NCBI RefSeq assembly: GCF_006345805.1
Contig: NC_043010.1
Location: 2,914,001-2,978,000 of the forward strand
Length of the DNA: 64,000 bases
Reading direction: 5' to 3'
Source of the DNA: Octopus sinensis
Taxonomy: Eukaryota
The notes beneath the pieces are model-generated. The model searched no databases. It saw only the letters and a list, made by a program, of their open reading frames with translations, and was not told the origin of the DNA. The first letter of the stretch is position 1. Every line of letters starts with the position of its first letter. The position numbers and the translations under genes were made by a program. Shown piece after piece: positions 55,076 to 64,000 of the stretch.

Positions 55076-55508
55076 TCAAATATGGATCTTCAACAGACAA
55101 AATATATTAATATAATTTTTCTTAAATATTTTAACAGAGTAAGAGGAAAAATTTCATGTAGCAAGACTAGCTAAGAGAAGAACAAAAACTACAATTTTTA
55201 GAGTGGCATGAAACACAGTGGGGGTCATAGAGTGGACAGCTCATAGCTGGCTGTTGGTCATAAATTTCCTCCTACCCCAAAACCCACGAGAAAAAGAAAC
55301 AAAGCTTTAGAAAGAGTCAATCAGATAGTAGCAAATGTCTATAAAAGAGGTAGGGTAGGGGTGACATTAATTTCACTTGAAATGGTCTTACTCCATTACT
55401 ACTGGTTATCCTCTAATAGATAATACCGGACTGATTTGGTGCTTCAACTTGAGTACCTAGTTCAACTGAATCTTGATCTTGTCAACCAAACTTACATGAT
55501 GCCTCTGG

Positions 55509-55539
<31 letters not shown>

Positions 55540-57009
55540 ATATATATATGTGTGTGTGTGTATGTGTGTGTTTGTGTGTGTGTGTATGTATGTGTTTGTG
55601 TGTCTGTGTTTGTCCCCCACCATTGCTTGACAATTGATGTTTGCGTGTTTACATTCCCGTAACTTAGCAGTTTGGCAAAAGAGACAGATGGAAGAAGTAC
55701 TAGGCTTACAAAGAATAAGTCCTTGGGTCAATTTGTTCAACTAAAGGTGGTGCTCCAACATGACCATTGTCAAATGACTGAAACAAGTAAAAGAATTAAA
55801 AAAATATATATATATATAGTATGTAATGGTATGTACTCTAGTACTTTTGTATACTGTATATATTCATATTTCAAATCTTGATCAACATCATCACCATTTA
55901 ATGTCTGTTTTCTATGCTGGCATGGGTTAGATAGTTTGACAGAAGCTGGGGAGTTAGAGGACTGCACTAAGTGTCAACATCTGCCTAACTTAAATACATC
56001 ACTTCTTTAACTAAGTTTCATCTTACCTTTCCAGCCATATCCAATGGCTCAATGCATTTCATTATTTTTTTTATATATTAGGAACTGAATTAAAAAACTT
56101 CCTATATGTCATGAAAGGAATGTAGTGCCCAAGGCCTTTTACAAGGTCTCTGAGCCTGATAAGAAGGGGAGCATAATGTGTCCCTTAACTGGGAATCTGG
56201 CTTGAATACTTGCAACAAAAGAAACCCCACTAAAGGCACCCAAGATACAAGATGTCAGTTATAAACTGAAGTGAGTTAAGTCTACCTCTCAATTAACCAT
56301 AGTAGGATTTGAACTCACAATGCAAACTGTCAGAATAAATACAGCAAGGTATCCAATCAGATGTTCTCACAGTTCCACCAATGCACCCTGCTTGATTGGT
56401 ACTTCTATTTTTAATCAACCCTGAAAAGATGAAACCACCACAAGGTTCAGTCTTTGTTGCGATGTGATAGTTATGTTCCTCACTGACCCCACCCCATACC
56501 AGATAGATTAAAGGATAGAGACCAGGTTAATATAGGCCACCTCTTCCAGAGATAAAAATGAGTTTGCTATAGCTAACACTCCTGCCAAGAAAAGAGCCAA
56601 GTTACAGAAGCAGGATAAAGATTAAAGCTCCTTCCTGAATTGTATAGACTCATAGAGCAGGTTCTTTTGATTTTCTGGTGTATATACTCTCTGCTGGACA
56701 GAACACCAACCAGTCATAAGTATATCGATTTTTACTGACTGAGTGGACCTGAGAAACATGAAACAAAGTGCTTTGTTCAAAAATACAACCCATTGCCAGG
56801 TCCAAGCATTGAAACCACAATCTTACAATCATGAGTCCGACATCTTGATCACCAACACACATAAAGTTAGAGGAGTGTCAACGATAATTCAGAACCAACA
56901 AGACCTGGGAGAGAAAAAGGAAGCCCAGGGTCAAGAACAGTGGAGAAGGGAAAAGTTTTCAATGGCTTATGCTTCATAGGAAGTGAAGGGCTTAAGAAAG
57001 AAAGAAGGA

Positions 57010-57044
<35 letters not shown>

Positions 57045-57579
57045 GCAAAATTGATTTTGGCTGGATTTGAACTCAGAGCTCAGAGTGTCTGGCATTTTTT
57101 CCAATGTTCTAATAACAAATAAATAAATACATAAATAAATAAGAAAAAGCAACATAATTAAATACTTTATATTAATTTTAATGTCAAAACCATTATTTTC
57201 TGTAGCTTTGAAAGTTTTTTTTCTAAAGCCAGTCTGCCCAAGCAGTGGCATCAACTGAAGATTAACATGGAAGGTGAATGCATGGCTGAAGAATTCCTTT
57301 CAGTCGAAGCAGTGAACTTACCAAATTTTGCTTTTGTTTTTGTTTTCTTCGTGTGTTACCTTAGAGTCATTTGTCATTTTTTTCTACTTTCTATGGAATA
57401 TTTTAAAGTAATTTCCATTAACTTTCAGCTAATCAGACACTGAACAGAAAGGGGATTGCTGTCATAACATTTATGACATTTACGTGTGTGTGTCTGTGTG
57501 TGTGTGTGGGTGGTGGGTAGGGGTGGGTGGGGGTGTTTGTGTGTGTGTGTGTGTGTGTGTGTGAGAGATATCATCGGTT

Positions 57580-57990
57580 TTTTTACTTGTATTAGTCATT
57601 GGACTGTGGCCATGCTGAAGCACCACCTTGAAGGGTTGAGTTGAACAAATTGCCTCCAGTACCATTTCCTCTATAATCTGTTACCCATTTTATTGGACAC
57701 TTTTGCTGAACTGCTAAGTTGTGGGGGTTGTAAACAAATTAACTCTTGTTGATAAGTGGTGGGAAAGACAAACACAAAGACACATACATGAACATACTCA
57801 CGCACACACACACACACACACACACACCACACACACATATGAAAGGCACAGTTTCTGTCTACAAAATTCACTCATAAAACTGGGATATAGTAGTAGATGG
57901 TAATCTAAAGTGCCATGCTGTGGGACTGAATCCAAAACCATGTGTGGATGCAAAGTGAGATTTGTAACCACACAACCCTGCCTGCACCTA
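57580..57990 (-). mobile_element. SINE family A, decayed
   Basis: Tail gtggccatgctgaagcaccacc; head gtgggactgaatcc..accacacaaccctgcctgcacc. Confidence 0.75.
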
Positions 57991-58014
57991 TACATATACA
58001 CCTATATATATATA

Positions 58015-58050
<36 letters not shown>

Positions 58051-58056
58051 TATATA

Positions 58057-58364
58057 TCACCGTGATCACTGTGACCGACCAGTCTATCAGATGTTGCTAC
58101 ACATCGCTGGTCACAATCCGCTTCGCATTGTTTTAGCCTTCAATGACGCCACCCCGCTGGCTAAGCGAGCAGGCCAACAGAAGAAAGAGTGAGAGAAAGT
58201 TGTGGCGAAAGAGTACAGCAGGGGTCACCACCGCCCCCTGTCGTAGCCTCATGGAGCTTTAGGTGTTTTTGCTCAATAAACACTCACAACGCCCGGTCTG
58301 GGAATCAAAACCACGATCCTACAACCGTGGGTCCGCTACCCTAACCACTGGGCCATTGCACCTC

Positions 58365-58367
<3 letters not shown>
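58057..58367 (-). mobile_element. tRNA-derived SINE, family C
   Basis: Minus strand A-box tggcccagtggttagg and B-box-like ggttttgattccc, followed by a ~230-nt body; flanked by microsatellites. Confidence 0.75.
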
Positions 58368-58397
<30 letters not shown>

Positions 58398-58407
58398 TTA
58401 TATATAT

Positions 58408-58757
58408 GGCTCAGTGGTTAAAGCATTGAGCTTACAATCACGAGGTTGTGAGTTCGAATCCCAGACCGGGCTGCGTGGTGTGTTCTTGAGCAAGGCACTT
58501 TATGTCATGTTGCTCCAGTTCACTCAGCTGTAGAAATGAGTTGCGATGTCATTGGTGCCAAGCTGTATCGACCTTTATCTTTGCTTTGGATAAAATCGGT
58601 GGCATGGAGAGGGGAGGCTGGTATGCATGGGCGCCTGCTGGTCTTCCATAAAAACAGAGCTAGATTGTGCGTTCACCAGCGAGGCAACTTTCCGGCCAGA
58701 TTTGTAACCCAGGGGGGAACGTCAGGTGCACCCATGGTCATTCATGACCGTAGGAGT
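58408..58757 (+). mobile_element. tRNA-derived SINE, family E
   Basis: A-box tggctcagtggtta, B-box gagttcgaatccc, gtgttcttgagcaaggcactt domain; tail cccatggtcattcatgaccg also occurs twice at 26430-26570. Confidence 0.8.
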
Positions 58758-58875
58758 TGTAAGTATGCAAATGGACATATACTCATATACATACACACAA
58801 AAGTATACAAGCATACACACACACAATGTCTGTATATATATATATATATGTATATATATGTATGTATATATATAT

Positions 58876-58912
<37 letters not shown>

Positions 58913-58932
58913 GATAGATAGATAGATAGATG

Positions 58933-58975
<43 letters not shown>

Positions 58976-60914
58976 GCAAATGCACACATACACACACAAA
59001 TATATACTTACACACACAAACATTCACACAAACGCACACACTCACACATTTATTGTACCATAACTAAGAAGTTCATAATTTACAATAAACCAAAATTTTT
59101 AAATAACGTGTTTTTCTATTCCAGCCTAATTCCAAAAAAAAAATAATAATAAAAACAGAAAAAAAGGAAAAGAAAAAAATATGTATTTTCGGTAGAGAAT
59201 AATGTAAGAATATAATTAGAGTATTTGAGTGAATAGCTGGGAATTCATTAAAACCGAGTGAGACTGGAACAAACATCTCTGTCCAAATATTCTTTTGCAA
59301 TACTTTATGGTAAGCAGTGAAACTAGAAATTCTGGACTTATATGATAGCTACTTAAAAATGAGTGTTATGAGTGAAATGGAAGATTTATCGATCTTCTAC
59401 AGGTGATAGTCACATGAATGTCCAAAGATTTTTCTTAAAGGAATAAATACTGTTAAGCCAATAAACCATTTTCATTTTAATTCTCTCATAACTCGTTATC
59501 CTTGCAAAGTTTCCAGTGAAAATTGGATGTTTTATGTTCATTTTTGCCAAGGCAATATGACTGAAGTGGTCAGCGGAATCAGACGGTTCCGTGTACATTT
59601 CGAATGAGAATTTTATAGTGCTGTGTCCATGATTTTCATATCATTCACAAGACTGAATTTAATATCTTTTGTTTTAGTCAAGCAGTGTGAATGCCTTTCG
59701 TTCAATGGCATAACTTAGTGTTATTTATGGAAAGACGTAAATTTTTATAACTTCAGGGCGACCCTTATCTCTTGCTCTTTGTCATGCTCCTTTTCCCCTT
59801 TCACACCTTTCACCCATAGGATAGTACTGAATATCCCCAACACAAACCTTTCTGTCACTCTAACTACTCTGTCTCTCTCTTTTTCAATAATCCTTGACAC
59901 TAATCACTCTCCCTGTCTCCATCTGTTCTCTACTCCCTCTCCTAACAGTGTCTTCTCTGTAACTCTCTCCACAACAAAAAGTTTGTTCCATTTATCATAC
60001 TCAACCATCTCCCACCATCTCATCGAAAATGATTTCTCTGTCAGTCTGTCTCCATCTCACCAATTCTCCATCTCACCTATTCACCTATTCTCCTTTCATT
60101 TGTGAGGAATTCTTAGGCTCTTTAGTCTTTCAAATTTGCAGACTGTGAGAAGTCCTTGCTAGTGTTAGGAGCACTTAAAAGCACCCAGCACACTCTGTAA
60201 AGACATTGGCATTAAGAAGGGCGACAAGGTATAGAGTCCATGCCAAAGCTAAGACACTAGAGGAGATGATGATGATGATGATGATTATGATGACCGATGA
60301 TAAAGATGTTGATGATGATGGTGTTGATGATGATGATGATGTTGACGATGATGATGTAGTACCACTTAAAGTACTCTCCTACTACCTTGTCACTGATAAT
60401 TGTAATAAACATCATCTGTTTATTTACTCCCCTTCAAAATCCACGGGCCACTATGATCACATTACTGAAACTAGAGTTTCTAGTTTTCCTCGATTGTCTT
60501 AACCGGTTGATAACTAGTCAAAAGTACCTTGGTAGGTTAAGTGAGCTGTTGTGACTCTGAAAGTATCAGCTTCAGTTTATTACAAAGCTTCAGCGCTTAA
60601 TATGCCAACAGCCTAATGACTTAACTACTTGAAACATAACCGACCATTCAATTCTGTGGAGGCAGGGATCTCATGCTGAGAAAAATGATTGAAAGTTTGT
60701 GTGAGTTTGTATGAGCACTCCTTGCATGACCTTCACACATATGTAAGCCAATAAGTCTCAACAGGTTCAGATAATCCCTGCAGCATTAGGCTATAAATGT
60801 ATTTATAATATATACATACATGAGTATACAAATGCAAATTAGCTGGCTAAAAGTGGAAATATTTTAATAATTGAGGACCACACATAATCAAAATCCTGGC
60901 TGTACAGTGGTATA

Positions 60915-61360
60915 ATCATTAAGCACATTGGACAAAATGCCTTGTGGTGTGTGTTTCAGCTCTTTACACTCTAAGTTCCTGCCTCTATTTTGTTCATCAT
61001 CATGTTCTGAGTTCAAATTCCACCAAGGTCAACTTTGCTTCTGGGGTTGATAAAATAAGTACCAGTTGAACTCTGGGGTTAATGTCATCAATTTATCCCT
61101 CCCCCAAAATTGTTGGCCTTGTACCAAAATTTGAAATCATTATCATTATTATTAGCTGGCAGAATCATTAACACATCAGGCAAAATGTTAAGTGACATTT
61201 CGTCCATCTTTACATTCTGAGTTCAAATTTCGTCGAGATTGTCTTTACCTTTTATCCTTGTGGAGTCAATAAAATAAGTACCAGTTGAACACTGGAATCA
61301 ATGTAATCAACTTTACCCCTTCTCCTGAAATTACTGGCCTTGTGCCAAAAATTGAAACTA
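60915..61360 (+). mobile_element. Tandem SINE family B copies
   Basis: ttctgagttcaaatt..aaaataagtaccagttgaac..ggccttgt repeated. Confidence 0.8.
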
Positions 61361-61383
61361 TTATTATTATTAATATTATTATT

Positions 61384-61840
61384 TTTTTTTTCCTTCTTTC
61401 TTCAAATTTTCTTCCGTTTCTCGCCGAGTGTTTTCCGTACACCTAGGGCAGAGAAGTTCATTGTATGCATTCCCAGATTACACACACAAATTCACAGGTA
61501 AAATATGTATTTAACAAATTAATAAATAAATAAATTCATGAATGGAAGTTGTTTTCACAGCGATAATGCTCTTCTCAGTACATGAGCCGTTCAGGGATGG
61601 TAAGCCTGGTATCATTTTCAAATAGGTTTCAGTACCTTTTTTCATCATTCCTAGAGCTCCTACAATCACTGGTACTGTAGACGCCTTGAGATACCACATT
61701 TTTTCAATTTCTATTAGCAAGTCTTTATATTTACTGATCTTGTCAAATTCTTTCGCCGCTATATTGTGATCGCAAGGAATACTCATGTCAATTGATAAAC
61801 ACATCTTTTTTGTCTGATCTTTTATAATAATATGCGGTTT
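61384..61840 (-). mobile_element. Third R4/Dong-type LINE family, extreme 3' fragment (RLE C-terminus + 3' UTR)
   Basis: KPHIIIKDQTKKMCLSIDMSIP..DKISKYKDLLIEIEKMW..PVIVGALG; (ATT)n on both sides. Confidence 0.88.
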
Positions 61841-61859
61841 ATTATTATTATTATTATTA

Positions 61860-61935
<76 letters not shown>

Positions 61936-61973
61936 GATTATTATTATTATTTATTATTATTATTATTATTATG

Positions 61974-62038
<65 letters not shown>

Positions 62039-62039
62039 G

Positions 62040-62130
<91 letters not shown>
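61841..62130. repeat. ~290 bp (ATT)n microsatellite
   Basis: Directly visible. Confidence 0.97.
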
Positions 62131-62132
<2 letters not shown>

Positions 62133-62139
62133 AGATTTC

Positions 62140-62345
62140 TAAGCTAGTGAACTGGCAGGGTTCTTAGCATGTTGGACAAAATGCTTAATGGCATTTCTTC
62201 CAGATCTTTATGTTCTGAGTTCAAATTCCACTGAGGTCACCTTTCAGGGTTGATAAAATAAGTACCCACTGAGCATTGGAATCAATGTAATTCCCTAACA
62301 CCCACTCCTAAAATTGCTGGTCATGCATCAAAGTTTGGAACCGTT
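62140..62345 (+). mobile_element. SINE family B, decayed
   Basis: ctggcagg..ggacaaaatgctta..ttctgagttcaaattcc..gataaaataagtacc. Confidence 0.75.
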
Positions 62346-62946
62346 ATTATTATTATTATTATTTTGGGGGGATGGGAGCTGGGAGGTGTTGTTGTTGTTG
62401 TTCTTCCTCTGCAACTTCTTTTCCAACAACTGCCATTTTTAAACCTTCCACCATCTCTCTACCATCATCATCACAGCTACAGACACCGTCACCACCGCTC
62501 ACTTACCCCTCAACTCAACTTTCCACTAAATAGGGACTTTTGCTTCTATCCTCTATTCTGTCATAGAACCACCACTAAAACCAACTCTACCACAACCATT
62601 AGCTATACCTATACCATAACCACTACCAATTATAACTATGACCACCACTGATTGCTATCACTGCTCGTATCATACTGTCACATCCAACTCCTTCCATGAT
62701 GGCAAACTGTATTTCATGCAGTTAAGAAGGCCCAAAATAAAGGTATGTATGTGTATTAGGTGTGTTTGTGTGCGTTCATGTATGTATGTGTATACACATA
62801 TATAATATATATATATATATAAATACACACACAAATATGCATACATATATATATGTACATATACATACATGTATGTATGTATATGTACATATATATATAT
62901 GTATACTTATGTGTGTATTTATATATATATATAAATACACACATAA

Positions 62947-62979
<33 letters not shown>

Positions 62980-63814
62980 CATTTGCAAAAGTGTGTGTGT
63001 GTGTGTGTGTGTGTGTATAGGTATGTGTAGGGAGGTGAGTATATGTGTGTAAAATTAATGAACCATTGATTGTCTTAGATTAAGTGTCCTGCTTTTTATT
63101 AGATTAATTTCCTTTTAGAGTTCCTTTGCTTTATGGGACAAAAAAATAGTATCAAAATGACATAACTCTGACTTTAATTAATTTATAAGGAGCTGAAAGA
63201 AAGAGAAAAGAAAAGAAAGGCAGATAGTAAGAAGGGAGGAAGAAGAAGAAGAAGAAGAAGTAGAAAGAAAAAAGACAGGAAAAAGAAGGAAGGAGGGAAA
63301 AATAAAAATAGAAAACTTTCCCAAAAAGGATTAAAAAAAACAAGAGAAAAACCTGAAGGAATGCACTCCTAAATATCGATTCCACAAGTTATGCAGTTTA
63401 TGGATTATCTTTGTCTTGGAACAGTCAAAATGCCATTGGTAATCTCCTGACAAAGCCAAGCCCACAAGACTTCAATTTGATTTCAGATTTTCCACTTGCA
63501 TCTATTTGTCTTAGATTATGAGCAGAAAATTTGGTTGTGTGGTTAAGAAGTCTGTTTTGAAATTACGTGGTTTAGGGTTCACTCCTATTGTGTGGATAAT
63601 TTAATAAGTGGGGCTTTTTTGTTTTTCCTTTTCATTTTATGTCACAGCTTCAGATTAATCTAAGATTGGGAGATTTATTATTGGAAGTGGATGGACAAAA
63701 CTGGAACTGCTTAGAAAATAAACCTATTAAATGGTTTGTAACTAATTGCATTTGGTAGATTTAATTACATCGCATCCTTGCAAGTCAATAAGAATACATT
63801 CATACACACATACA

Positions 63815-63932
63815 TGGTGCAGGCGTGGCTGTATGGTTGAGAGCTTGCTTCCCAACCACATGGTTCCGGGTTCAGTCCCACTTTGTGGCACCCTGGTTAA
63901 GCATCTCCTACTATAGCCTCAGGCTAACCAAA
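63815..63932 (+). mobile_element. SINE family A head
   Basis: ggtgcaggcgtggctgtatggttgagagcttgcttcccaaccacatggttccgggttcagtccc. Confidence 0.85.
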
Positions 63933-64000
63933 CACCACACACACACACATGCAAAAGGCTTCCACACAATTTCAATCTGCCAAATACACTCACAAAAAAT

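Noticed and set aside
58408-58470. tRNA gene-like A/B boxes (also in SINE heads elsewhere)
   Set aside because: No closed acceptor stem; the sequence continues into a SINE body
59410-59598. 62-aa minus-strand ORF in unique DNA
   Set aside because: Length expected by chance; no motif or splice support

Overview
AT-rich, repeat-dominated eukaryotic genomic DNA, most likely an octopus intron or intergenic region. That assignment is inferred from the (TA)n/(CA)n/(TATG)n/(TATC)n/(AAT)n load and from tRNA-derived SINE families I recognise from Octopus genomes. No host gene can be named, and almost all listed ORFs are microsatellite artefacts. Real coding remnants are retrotransposons: three distinct R4/Dong-type RT/RLE LINE copies, all sitting in (AAT)n tracts; RTE and CR1-type fragments; and a decayed Penelope-like element (RT + GIY-YIG). 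There are also many SINE copies, a piggyBac-type MITE, a Helitron and Helentron-like non-autonomous ends. The most notable signal is a set of type I hammerhead ribozyme motifs from several sequence families. Three are long fold-back elements inserted in (TA)n with a hammerhead on each strand, one of them with a U3:A8 covariant core. Several single decayed copies also occur. A few weak candidate exons lie at about 13.4 kb and 41.8-44.6 kb.
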